A stretch of DNA of 35,572 bases, from NCBI GenBank assembly GCA_016618085.1, contig JABLTG010000185.1:1-35572 (forward strand), given 5' to 3'. The position numbers were made by a program, and so were the translations under genes. Origin of the DNA: Neovahlkampfia damariscottae. Its lineage: Eukaryota. Under the pieces are notes generated by a model. That model saw only the letters and a list, made by a program, of their open reading frames with translations, was not told the DNA's origin and searched no databases. Of the stretch, positions 21,035-33,655 are shown one piece after another (the stretch's first letter is position 1; each line of letters starts with the position of its first letter).

Positions 21035-23390
21035 TTATTTTAAAATTGAGATTTTTGTTTGAAATTTTCCATTTCTATAACAAAATCCCAACTTATATTG
21101 ATCATTTGAGTTTCCATGATCACCTGCAATTTCATAACATTGAATAGCTTTTTCCAAATTCACTTCAGTACCAATTCCATTTTCATAACACAAACCTAAT
21201 CCATTTTGTGCGAAAGGATTTGTATCATTTTGTTCAACTGCATACTTAAAATGTTGGTATGCTTTATTTAAATCTTTATCAATTCCTTGACCATTTAAAT
21301 AACAATTTGCTAAATTGGCAGCTCCATTTGAATTTCCTTGAGCTGCTGCTCTTTTGAAATATTTTACAGCTTTTTTCAAATCTTTTTCTGTTCCATCTCC
21401 CTTGAGATAACAATTTCCTAAATTATTTTCACCCTCTGGATTCAATTGATGTGCTGATTTTTTGAAATATTCATATGATTTATATAGATGTTCTTTCGAA
21501 CCAGATTGATATGCAATACCTAACTTATTTTGACTATGAGCATTTCCTTGAATACCAGATTCTTTAAAATGTCTGTAAGCCTTTTCATGATCTTCTTTTG
21601 CACCCTGTCCTTGTTTATAACAAACTCCTAAACAATGTTGTCCAAAATCATTTCCCAATATTGACAGATGCTTAAAATATTCATAACAGATTTCAAAATC
21701 TTCTTTAAATCCAAAACCATAATAATAACATAAACCAATTGATAATTTCATTTTTTCATTTATTTCAATATGTTGATAATCATCAAAATAATGATGAATT
21801 TCAGAATTCTTCAAATTTGATTTCTCTCCCCAATTTTTCATCTGATCTAAATCACTTATCGGTTTATCTGCTAAGTTCAAGTGGTATGTCCATAGTATTT
21901 TAGCAATAGTTTTATTCCCATTGTTTCCATCAATTTCAAGTTTTCTTAAAAAATTCTTTTTCTTTTGAGAACTATTTTGGTATAAAATACATCTTATATA
22001 CAATTTCTCTGATTCATTTAGATTTTCAATTTCAATGGAATTGAAAAATGGAAGAACCTTTTCGATTCGTTTATTTGAACAGAATTCTTGAAGCATTGAA
22101 TCATTCTGAAAAGTCAATTTTTCAAACTTGAGTATTGTAAGAAATATTGATAAATCCATTTCTATATTTGATGGTTTTTCACTTTTAAATGGTAAATTTT
22201 TCATTATTGAATCAATTTCATAAATAATTCTTACACAAGATGCTCTCTTCTTAGGATCATCTTGTAAACATAAATTACAGATTAGGTGCAATTCAGGATT
22301 AACTTCTGACATTTTCTGAAGTATATCTTGAATATTGATGTCATCTGCCAAAGTTTTCTTTTGAAACAGTTGAACAATCAAAAAACCCAAAGACCAAATA
22401 TCAATTTTTTCATTGGTTTTACCCATTGATACTTCAGGTGCAATAAAGCTTGAATCTTCAACAAAATTGGAATCTATCATGTATTTAAGTTTCGGAAAAC
22501 ATAATTTGACAACACCATTTTTGGAAATCAAAATATTTTGAGCTTTGATGTCACCATGAATCACTCCTCTTGAATGTAAATATCCTAAACCAGAACATAT
22601 TTGTCTAATGATACTAAAATATTTCTGATTCAAAAAATTAGAATTAATACACTTGCTAAATGATCTTACTTCATTTGAAAATTTTTTTATGGAAATTGTA
22701 TTTTCTAATACATCAGCTCCATGTTCGAATTCCATCACTAAACAATATTTCATACATTTTTCTTCAATTTTCCAGTATGAGTCTTTTTGATAAGATTCTT
22801 CTTTCCACCATGTCAGACCTGAATTGATGTTCAAATGTTTGAATGTTAATATTTCAAATAACTGAAAGAATGAATAAAAATTCTTTTTTTTTTACTTTTT
22901 TTTCTAGTTTTGGATAAAAATTGAATTTTAAATGGATTCCTTTCATCATAACAATTTTTTCATTAATTTTCATTTTATGGAAAAATTCATGGTTAGATTT
23001 TGAAGTTGAACAATCTTTTACGAGTTTATATTGTCTAAAATCACATGGATAATTTAATTTCATTTTGTATTCTTTCATCATTATTTCTGACAACTCTTTT
23101 AGATATGTTATTTTCCTTGTATTTGCTATGAAATATAAATCCATGGAATCTTCAAAATCAGAACATAACTTAATGTATAATCCTGGTAACTATTAGATTT
23201 TTAATAAAAAATTCCTTCAAACTTCAATTTTTTTTTCAAAATAATCTTTCAGTTCTGTTTGAATCTTTGCTTCATGTTTTGAATATTTTTTTGAAGAATA
23301 TCGTGAGTGAATAATTTCTCCATTGTTTTTAGTGATGAAACAAAATTTAAATAGTTCACCTCCAAAGCTCCTGTCGTTTGAATAAAACAT
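21035..23390 (-). CDS. Protein kinase-like (probably pseudokinase) domain + Sel1-like repeats (3 exons)
   Basis: Kinase motifs YLHSRGVIHGDIKAQNILI, APE and DIWSLG, but DFG is replaced by CFP. C-terminal Sel1 repeats (NLGNCYLKGDGTEKDLKKAVKYFKRAAAQGN). Introns at 23190-23222 and 22862-22895 join three ORF-track pieces; ATG at 23390. Confidence 0.82.
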
Positions 23391-23550
23391 CGAGAAGACC
23401 AATCAAAAAGATTCCAATTTAATTTTCTTCAAATAGAAAGTTTTCACAATTTAATTTTTAATTTGTATTAATTTGAATCTCTACAACTTATAACTTTCTC
23501 AACATTTGATTGGACAAATTTACTACAACAAACGAAATTTTCACAACGAA

Positions 23551-25452
23551 ATGAAAAGACTGTTCATTTTTTTTTTGACCTGTAGCTTTTTGTTCTTAAA
23601 AATACAAAGTTCAGAGGTTCAAAATAAACCTGCTATGGGATGGAATACATGGAATAAATTTGGGTAAATCAATTTCAAAAAAAAAAAAAATTAATCAAAA
23701 TTCAAGATGCAATATCAATGAAAATTTAATCAAAAGTACTGCAGATGTTATGATTTCTTCAGGTTTATCAGATTTAGGTTATAAATATATTAATATTGAT
23801 GATTGTTGGGAAAATACATCAAGAGAAAATGGAAAACTAATTCCAGACCCAAATACTTTTCCTTCAGGCATGAAAAATTTATCAGATTATATACATTCAT
23901 TAGGTTTGAAAATTGGAATTTATAGCTCTGCTGGACATACTACTTGTGAAAAAAGACCAGGAAGTTTGAATTATGAAGAAGTTGATGCTAAAACATTTGC
24001 TGAGTAACTGAAAATTTTTATTTAAAAAATAATTCTCAGATGGGGTATTGATTACTTAAAATATGATAATTGTGGGAATGATGAAAATATTAATGGTCAA
24101 ATTCGTTTCAAAAAGATGTATGATTCATTGAAGAACTCAGGACGAGATATTTATTATTCTGTCTGTCAATGGGGTGAAAAAGATCCAGAAGACCCTGCAA
24201 AATGGGTTAGTACTTATGGAAATAGTTGGAGAACCACTGGTGATGTGAAAGATAATTACTATATCATGAATGATATTATTGATCACAATAATTTGTTTGC
24301 ACAATATTCTAGATTGAACCATTGGAATGATCCAGGTATTATTATTTTTATTTTATTCATTTTTAAGATATGCTTGAGGTTGGAAATGATAAATTGACTT
24401 TTGAAGAGTATAAAACTCACTTTTCACTTTGGGCAATTAGTAAAGCTCCTCTTATCATTGGATGTGATTTGAATACTATAAAACAAGAAACAAAAGATAT
24501 ATTGATGAATAAAGAAGTCATTAATATCAATCAAGATTCCTTAGGAATTCAAGGAAGAAAAGTATTCTCATTTCCATCAAACGATAAAGATACATCAATC
24601 ATGGTCAGAAAATGCTCAAATTCTCCACTTGAAAATTGGAAAGTAGAAGCCAATGGGTTGATAAAGAATGGAGAACGATGCTTAAAATCATCTGTTGATG
24701 GAAAATCTGTTTATGTGAGCTCTTCTTGTGATCAATTTTGGAAAATTTCTCCAATTGGGGATAAATTCAATATTAAAATGAAAAACGATGAAATGAAATG
24801 TTTATCTGTTTGGAAATTTGACAATGCAGGTGTTGAATATACCTGGAATGGGCCAAATTTGATTACCTCATCATGTGATCCTTTAAATTCAAATCAACAA
24901 TTTAACATTTCCGGAGAGACTATTTTGTGGGAAGGAAACATTTTACATCATATGCCATCTCATTTACAGATCAAAAATCCATGTGTCACTGTAGATTCAA
25001 CTTATGAAATTGACATTTGGAGTTCAACATTAGAAAATGGAAAAACAGCAATTTTGATCCACAACCGAGGGTTAAATTCTGCTGAAGTTTCTTTGGATTT
25101 TTCAAGAATTGGGATTACATTTTCCCAAGTATCATTGAGAGATGTTTGGAAAAAACGTGAAATTGGATCATTCACAGACACTTTCAAAACTACAATCGGT
25201 TCACATTCTGTTGTCATGTTAGTTGCCACAGATTACTTTTTACTTTTTAAAAACCCGGTAATATTTTTTGCATCTATTGGCATGTTGATCACAGGAGTGG
25301 TTTTGTTTCTTGTGAGTGGAGGAGTTTGTTGTCTCTCTTGCATCAATTTCTCGAAAAGCTATTTTGGATTTAAAAGAATGACTGAAGAAGGAGAGGATGT
25401 TTTTGAAATTCCAATGGATTCTCCAACGATAATTGACGAAGATTTTTATTAA
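23551..25452 (+). CDS. GH27 alpha-galactosidase with signal peptide, ricin-B-like insert and C-terminal TM anchor (4 exons)
   Basis: GH27 motifs [38 protein letters not shown] and WNDPDMLEVG. Introns at 23664-23706, 24004-24039 and 24336-24367. Confidence 0.93.
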
Positions 25453-25535
25453 ATTATTTTTTTGCCTGTTTTTAGTTAAATATGGAAATGATCTTGATTG
25501 GCTCGGAGACTTTTTTTGAATTGGACTGACGAGCA

Positions 25536-27402
25536 ATGAAAAAAATCTTTCTTTTAATAATAATGATTCTACTTCTCCAGTTGAAGACTCAAGAAGTTCA
25601 ATTGAATTGTATAACTTGGAAAAATAGTTTTGTAAAAATTTATAAACAGAATCTCAGACCAGAAGTCCTACGGTTTGAAATCCACTCAAGACAATCACAA
25701 GGTTGGATAGGAATTTCTTTTTTTTCACAAAAATCAAAATTTGAAGATGCTTTGGCAATTGTTGGTTACCAAACAAACAACTTTGTTCAATTGACAAATC
25801 ACACAACTTTTTCAACACAAAAAAGTTTTTTTGAGGCCACAACTGTTGATCAACTTTACAACACTATTGATGCAATATTTGCTTTTTCGTTCAAAATTAA
25901 TGCCACAGAATTACAAAACAAAAAATATATCGTTTTCTCAAACAACTTGTACGAAACACCATTCATTAAAAACAACCAAACTTTCATACCAAGACATGAT
26001 TCTTATAGTTTATACAAATACATACAACTCAATAAGACAAAAACACAATTGCCTATTTGTGAAAATAGTTTGAATATGTCTGGACGGATATATGGTCAAC
26101 ATTATGGAGGAATGATTTTTGCTTTAGGTATTTATTGTCTGTTAGGAATACTGTTTGTTTACTTTAGAGATCATCAACCATTCAAATCAAGATTTGTTGG
26201 ACCATTTATTGCTCTAGGAGCTGTTTATTTCAATCTTGTGATTGAACACATTTATGTATTGATTCTATTTGAAACTAAAAGTAGAATTTATTGTTTTCTC
26301 ACACCATTCCTGGCATATGGCTTTTTACAAGTCGCGTAAGAACTTTTTGATTCATTAATAATGTTCTAGTTTTGTTGTTCCATTTTTGATGTTATTTCGT
26401 TACATTCTTTTGCTTCAAATTCACCAAAATAAAAGAAAAATCATTAAAGAACTGAAACTAAAAGAAAAAGAGACAAAAATAGAAGATTCAAGAATTGCAA
26501 AATTGAAGAAGGTTTTGTCTTTCATTTTGAAAATAACTTCATCACATTGGATAGTTTTAATATTTCCAGTTATTTGGGCAACATCATTTGAAATACTACA
26601 ATTTGCTGCTATTGCATATAATGACTTTTCTTGTACTGAGAGAGCTTATTCAATGCAAAGATTAATTCATTCAGGTTTCATTGGTATAGTATTTCTCCTG
26701 ATCATTTCCGTTCTGATTTTTGATTTCATTTGTAATATTCCTTTGATATTTCGATGTCAATGGAAGAAAATATTTATCCAAAATGATCCTTACCACTATA
26801 GATTAGATATGCTCGCATTTTTATTGATTATTCCACCAACTATTATTTGGCTTGGATTTGAACTTCCTACATACATGTTTTCGATAATAGTTGAGATTAT
26901 TATGTTTCTTGGATTATACACGAGCGGGTTGCAAGCATTTCTCATCACGCTCATCAATCGAATTCGTCACTCAAGACAAAAAATGAAACACAATTCCAGA
27001 GCTATTGTAAATGTAGAAACAATTTTGAAACCAATAGTTCTTGAAATTTTCATTCAGTTTTGTGAAAGTGAATGGTCTTCTGAAAATATATTTCTAAAGT
27101 TGGACATTTTGGAATACAAGAAATCAAAGTCCTCACAAGAAAGGGAAAATTTATGCTGGATCATTAAAGAAAGATATTTGTTGGTGAATGTATCTCCTTT
27201 GGAGCTGAACTGTCCATCATCAATTCTCAACAAATCATTGAGAGAAATGGATGAAAAGAAATTTTCAGATGATTTATTCTATGATATTGAAAATAATGTT
27301 GATATGAATTTAATGGATACAATTTCTAGATTCAAGTATTCCTCTTTGTATCAGATACACTTGAAAGACATGGAACAACAAAATAAAATTTTGGGGCTTT
27401 GA
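25536..27402 (+). CDS. 7TM-RGS receptor-like protein with extracellular DOMON-like domain (2 exons; intron 26336-26369)
   Basis: Signal peptide, a QGWIGISF DOMON-like motif, seven hydrophobic segments, and a C-terminal RGS (FIQFCESEWSSENIFL...SPLELNCP...NLMDTISRFKYS). A 34-nt GTAAG...TAG intron joins the two ORFs in frame. Confidence 0.85.
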
Positions 27403-27425
27403 GTCATTAAGAAAATCTATCTTAA

Positions 27426-27646
27426 CCCTGTATGGACTGAAATGGTAAGACAAAAAACTAAGAGTTTTTTACTCAACAAAAGAGTAGAAAAAAACAAAAT
27501 ATTTAACATTTCTTGATAGATTTAATAGAGTTTGTGGTTGAAAAAAAAGTATTTTTTCCTTACACAATTTTTTGTTTTTTTGTTGTTATTTCAAAAAATA
27601 TTCCGTTTGAAATGAAGTTTCCTGTTTTTCAAACGGCCGTATAGGG
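27426..27646. mobile_element. piggyBac-like non-autonomous element (MITE), 221 bp
   Basis: TTAA (27422-27425), then CCCTGTATGG...CCGTATAGGG, then TTAA (27647-27650). The terminal inverted repeat is imperfect (8/10). CCC/GGG ends with a TTAA duplication are typical of piggyBac. Non-coding interior. Confidence 0.7.
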
Positions 27647-27918
27647 TTAATTAAGACTCTTTTGTTGAACACTACCTGTATTTTTAATGCAGATTGTAAT
27701 TTGTTTTAGGTTAAATAATAATATTTATGTTTTTATATATTATGGTTATTTCATCAACTTCTTTTGCAAATTTCTGACTTCAAACTCAAACTGAAATCGA
27801 TTAAATAGTTTTATTGGGCAATGAGTAAATTTAAATTTCACTATTATCTGATTGGTCAAATCACCTATAAATAGAACTAATTTGCTTAATCCCTTCCTAA
27901 CCAAAGACCAAACGAACA

Positions 27919-28707
27919 ATGTATCAACAAAGAAAAACGACATCCCACAAAAACAGTTCCACCCTTTCAACTGTATCAAAAGCACACAAAAGAACCAAAG
28001 GTATCACAAACAAAAAAAGAAAGTCAGAAATCACACAATATATGACTCAACCTACTTTCAAGAAAAATGATAATGGAAACTCTGTTTTCCACAGAACAGT
28101 GAGTAACATGACAAAACAAATAGAAAACGAAAAAGAAACTCCAAACAAAGATGAAAATAGAACATTCTCTGCTTCAGAACTTATGTCACTTTTCAAATAC
28201 GATGTTGGAAATGCTTTCAACAAGATTTTCAATTTTTTTTCTGAAGAAATCGGAAACACTTTGAAATCATGGATTTCATGGATGAAAATTCGTTGTGAAA
28301 AATCTGAACAAATTTTTCTTGAAATGTCAAAGATTTTTGTAAAATACTTACAAAAGTTATTTGAAACAGTCAGAAAAAATTGTTCAGATGCGAATTTCCA
28401 ATTCCATGAAAGCTCTTCAATGATTTCAAATGTTGTTCAATCAACCTGTTTTAAAGAATTCACTCAAAAATTGAATGAACACACATTTGTCACTGCATTT
28501 AGAGCTGAAAATACTGTTGATGAAATACTCGAAGCATACAGTAGTTCTGTTAAAAAATATGACAAAAACAAGAGAAACAGATTCAGTAAAGTATTCACTG
28601 AAGAATTAGTCAAAGAATGGAGATCAGTTTCAGAAGTGAAAAGAGAATTGGAAAAAATCATTGAAATTGAATTAAGTTATGTAATTTCAAAATCATTTGA
28701 TTTATAA
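27919..28707 (+). CDS. Hypothetical protein (262 aa)
   Basis: Uninterrupted ORF with ATG start and a basic N-terminal patch (NKKRKS); ATTGG at 27851-27855. No family recognised. Confidence 0.6.
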   Translation: MYQQRKTTSHKNSSTLSTVSKAHKRTKGITNKKRKSEITQYMTQPTFKKNDNGNSVFHRTVSNMTKQIENEKETPNKDENRTFSASELMSLFKYDVGNAFNKIFNFFSEEIGNTLKSWISWMKIRCEKSEQIFLEMSKIFVKYLQKLFETVRKNCSDANFQFHESSSMISNVVQSTCFKEFTQKLNEHTFVTAFRAENTVDEILEAYSSSVKKYDKNKRNRFSKVFTEELVKEWRSVSEVKRELEKIIEIELSYVISKSFDL

Positions 28708-28960
28708 ATTGAGTGGTAACCATTGTATTAAATACTTTTTTTTACAAGAACCTTCTTCTTTGTAATGGTGGTTTATCGAAAACCCATCCCTTTTAAAGAT
28801 ATTTAAGATTCTTTGTCGTTGACCCTCGTTTAATGAATAATTTGTTAAATCTGTTTTCATTTCTCAGAAAATTGCAGGATCGATGAGAGTTGTAACTTTG
28901 AAGAGACAAACGTGGATTTTTTATGAAATCAAGAAAAATATTTATTAATTATATAAATAA

Positions 28961-30014
28961 TTAAACTTTAAAGAAATCATCTTCAAGTTTAAATCTACTA
29001 TCCTTTTTTTCAACTTCTTTAGGTTTTAAATCCATTTCATTTCTTATTTCTTCACTTGAATAAAATTCAAATTTCTTTTTCAAATCATCAACAGAAACTT
29101 CAAATTTTTCAAAAGATTTCAAGTCTCCATACATTTTAATGAAAGAAAAAAAATCAAATTCTTCATTTAAAACAGCCTCACTGGTTAAATTTTCTTCAAA
29201 ATTCTTTTTTTTTGTAGGTTTGTTTGACAAACTGGAATCAATAATAAAAAATGTTTCTTCTTTATCTGATGTATTTATGATTATTTCTGATTGTTTTTTC
29301 ATATTTTCAAATGAATCTAATTCATATGGAGCTTCAAATTCAGTTTTGAAATCATCATCTTCTTCAAATGATTCTTCTTGAGCAAATACCGGTCCATGAT
29401 TTAACATTGAAACATACTTTGATTTTTCATTATGATATCTCATAAAACTTAAAATTGAATTCAATTTTAAATATTCAACATCCAATGAAAATGCTACTTT
29501 TTGTCGTGGTATTTTTTCAAATTGATTTTTCAAAACTCCGTCTTCTGGAAATTCATCAGATGATTTTTGATTAAGTAACTGATATGATATTTTATAATTC
29601 AAATGATTTCCTTTTTTTTTCTTTTTATAAATTGTATAAGAAGGCATCGTCAGAACAGTGGTAAATAATGATCTCATCAATGTCATGGCTTTTCCAACGG
29701 AGTCATCTTCTTCTTCATCTATAATTACAAGGTTTTCTTTTTGAATATTCCATCGTTCTAAAAGTAACTTTTCATTCATGCCTTCAAGAAATACTTCAAT
29801 CACGATTTCTTTTTCGTGGTTTTCAAAAAGTTGAAAAAGTTGAAGCGTCATTTCTTGATACTGTGGAAGTTCTATATTAAATTGAATATTTGATGTCTTT
29901 TCTTTTTGATTCTTCCACAAAATTCGATGATTTAAAATAATGATTGAAATTTTGGTGGAAAATTCTGGTTATTTTAGTGTTTTTGGATTATTTACCTGTC
30001 CAGAAAGTGGTCAT
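28961..30014 (-). CDS. ATG13: Autophagy protein Atg13-like (N-terminal HORMA domain; intron 29965-29995)
   Basis: Spliced start MTTFWTEFSTKISIIILNHRI, then QFNIEL, LLLERWNI and KAMTLMRSLFTTVLTMPSYTIYKK. These match Atg13 HORMA motifs (F..K...II..R; LE.W; L.RSL.....LP). The tail is acidic and disordered. Confidence 0.7.
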
Positions 30015-30229
30015 AAAAGAACTTTTTCTTTTAAAATTATAGTTTGTTTCAGTGGACATTTTCTTGATCATCAACTTGAAAAAATGTTTGTCCAATGAAA
30101 AAAAGAAGCAGATTGACCAATCATTCTAAGAAGAAGAAGCTTCTTAAATATTGAAAAGAAATATAATTTGAATTGATTTCTTTGTTTTAAATTTTTCAAT
30201 TTTTATTGGCTGTTACAAACTAAATTTAG

Positions 30230-31809
30230 ATGAAAATCACATCTCAAGAGAAGAAACCCACAGCACCTGAAGAAGAAGAAGATTTACTTGAAGTGAGTCA
30301 AAAAAATCAAGAGAATATCATAAACATTAAAAACACATTTGAGTTTAACCAAATTCCTTTCAACGAAGAAAAAGACTTGTACTTTGTGACAAATATCACA
30401 GCTCCAAAATTCCAACATGATGATTCTCATAAAAGATCACCTATTGACTTGATTTGTGTTATAGATAAATCTGGTTCAATGTATGGAACAAAAATTGAAG
30501 TTTTCAGAAAACAAATTTTAAATTTTTTTGAAAGTTGGTCAAAACCTCTTTATTATTTGTAGTTCAACAATTGAAAAGTGATGACCGTTTAGGAATTATC
30601 ACTTTTGACGCAAAGGTTAATGTTGATTTTTCACTCTCAGAAATGGACAAACAAGGAAAAGAAAATGCGATAAAAGCAATTGAAAAAATTAAATCTGGGT
30701 CAACAACCAATTTATCTGGTGGTTTATTTGAAGCTCTTGACATATTGGAGTCAAGAAAAGAGTAAAAAAAGCATAATCTAAATTTTCATGAAGAAGCTCA
30801 GATGTTTCATCCATTTTGTTATTTACAGATGGATTGGCAAATAAAGGAATGATAGAATCAAAAGAAATTGTTGAAGGAATGGAAAATTACCTGAAAAAAT
30901 TCATAAAACCAGTTTCAATTTTCACTTTCGGATTTGGTGAAGAACATGACCCAAATATGTTGAGGTTTGTCATTGAAAAATTCTAAAAGTCGTAGGGATA
31001 TTTCAGGATGTTCAAATGGATTGTACTATTATGTCAAATCAGAAGATGAAATTCCAGGTTCTTTTGCAGATGCATTAGGAGGTCTTTTATCTGTTGTTGC
31101 TCAAAATATCAAAATATCCATTAAAACCAGAGGAACAACGAAGATACTTGAATCTTTATCTTCCTATAAAACAAAATTAGGATTAGATGGAAAACACTGT
31201 GAAATAGTGTTGGATGATTTGTATAGTGAAGAACAAAGAGATTTGGTCTTTATTGTAAGAATTCCAAAATTAGAAGCAGAATCAGGAAATCATTTTATAT
31301 TTGAAGTTGAAATTGCTTATTTTAATGTTATTGAAAAGAAAAAGCATAAACTTCAAATTGATGGAATTATTAAACGACCTGAAAAATTAGAATCACCCAA
31401 TGAAATTAATATCGAATTGGACAAACAAAGAAACAGAGTTGAAGTTACAATTGCAATGGATAAAGCTAAAAAAGCAGCTGATGAGAATAAATTATCAGAA
31501 GCAAGAAGAATACTCCATACAATGATTAATTCAATTAAAAAGAGTGCATCTTATGAAGATAAATTGTCGAAAGGTCTTGAAGCAGATTTGAAATATTTAT
31601 TAGAGAGTTTAGTTGATTCCAGCTCTTATTCATCCTTTGGTCAAAAAAATATCAATGATTTTATGATGCAAACAAGAACACAAAGATCAAATAATTCGGA
31701 AAATTTTTGTTCACCGAATAACAATGGAATTCAATTTGAAAAAATGGAAATGAGAGAAAAATCAAAAAAATATTTCGCTTCAAAAGTGAAAACTAATTCG
31801 TTTTATTAA
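30230..31809 (+). CDS. von Willebrand factor A (VWA) domain protein (4 exons)
   Basis: MIDAS motif VIDKSGSM, GSTTNLSGGL, ILLFTDGLAN and FTFGFGEEHD. Introns at 30500-30534, 30762-30793 and 30965-30995. Confidence 0.9.
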
Positions 31810-33655
31810 ACACTTTGAAATAAATATTGTGAATTTATCATTCTATAGAATTGATTAAGTATATTCAAAGAAATGACGATATAAATATAAATTACCACAA
31901 TTCTTCTACTCTTTTGATACTTGATCATTTTAGGGATTTGAAAAACTGTGAAAAAAATTGCAAAAAAAATGATGAATATCATCATTTGGGAAATTTGAAA
32001 ATGAATTGCAATGAAATGAGATAATAATCTCATTGCTTCCATTTTGGTTGGAATATTTGGAACTTCCAATTGACTGAAATAGATTCCAATAATTAAACTG
32101 ATTCCAATGTAGTTTCTTGGTTGATACATTGAGTGATGTTGTAAAATATTTTCCTTAAACTTGTTATTCAATATTATTTGTTCAAAAGAATATTGAATTC
32201 CTGAGAGACAAGAAATGGAGATTATCATTATAAATTTTGAAGTTAATGATCCATTTGTATTGAATGAAATAATTGTAGTAAGCCATGATATTTGCCAATT
32301 GATGAAAAATGAAATGGTATTCAATTGTTCATTATTGAAAAAATTGCTAATCACATGAAACATTGTCAATAAAGATAGCAAAACATATGACAATGAATTA
32401 TTCAAAAATAGTCCAAAATAAAGTAAAATTAAATAATTCATGGCTCCATTATACTTTTCAATCTTTGAACTGATAATCTTTGAACAATCCATCACGTTTT
32501 CCTTCAAAAAAAAAGAGGGAGGTGAAAATTTCTTTTTGACTTTAAAATTTAAAAAATTAGACATCAAATCAAAGAAACAATAGTCTTCTAATTGTTTTTT
32601 CCAAATTTGATTCTTCTTGTATTCTTTGAGATAAAATAATTTTTCACTCATCTCTTCTTTTTTGTTTGAAGAAATCATTTTTAGAAAATCTTTTTGTATT
32701 AAATCATTCCATGATAGTATCGAAACCATTTTATTCCAATGAGTGCATGTCAGAGAAACTGAAATCAAACCAATAGGATCCATAAATGAAAAAATTTGTT
32801 CCATGATCTCATCTGGAATCCAAAGAGTTTCTTCTTTTTCATAAACAATATCATGGTTACTATAATCTTCAAATATTTCTGATTTCAAAATTTCTATTAA
32901 TGAAATCCTCTCATTTGGATTTTTGTTCAACATTTTTTTTATCAACTGATTTGATGATGAGATTTCATTTAGAAATGTAATTGAATTATTTTCAAACTCT
33001 TCTATACATTTAAATGGATATTCTTTATATTTCAAATAGTACCAAATGACTCCGATAGACCAAATGTCAGAAGAAAATTGAATATCTTCATTTTTAATCA
33101 CTTCAGGAGACTCAAATGGATTAAAATCAGGTATATCCATTCCTAGTTCATATTCCAATAAAAATAGATCAAATCCATAATATAGAATTTTCAAATTATT
33201 ATTTGTATCCAAATACAGTTGATTGGTAGATAAGTTTCCATGAATCAAATCATTTTCATGCAAATACTGAATTCCTTCAATCAATTGAAATATAATCTTA
33301 GTATCATATGATTGTGACTTTTCTTTTTGATTGAAAATTTCTTCAAAATTCTTTCCATCTACAAGCTCACTAACAATCAAAAAATATTTCTTTTTCTAAA
33401 TTTAAAACTGAATGATTTCTCTTGATTTACTTCATAAAATTTTAATATTTTTAAAATATTTGGATGATTTAGATCAAAAATATTTTTCATTTTCTCGATT
33501 ATTATTTTTTTTACATTGTCGGATAAATTTTTCTTCATAATTTTGTTGATGAATACTTTGGTAAAGTTTTGTCTATCATAAGCTTTAAAACAATTTTCTT
33601 TCAATTTTTTCAGAATTTTGTACCTTCCCACTAACAAATCTTTATCTTCAACCAT
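31806..33655 (-). CDS. Pseudokinase + F-box + multi-pass transmembrane protein (intron 33396-33430)
   Basis: Kinase fold (LNHPNILKI, YLHENDLIHGNLS, SPE, DIWSIG), then an F-box (IPDEIMEQIFSFMDPIGLISVSLTCTHWNKM), then several hydrophobic helices. ATG at 33655. Confidence 0.8.

Noticed and set aside
27422..27650. TTAACCCT / AGGGTTAA as telomeric repeats
   Set aside because: These are single inverted copies, not tandem arrays, and fit TTAA duplication plus piggyBac ends better.
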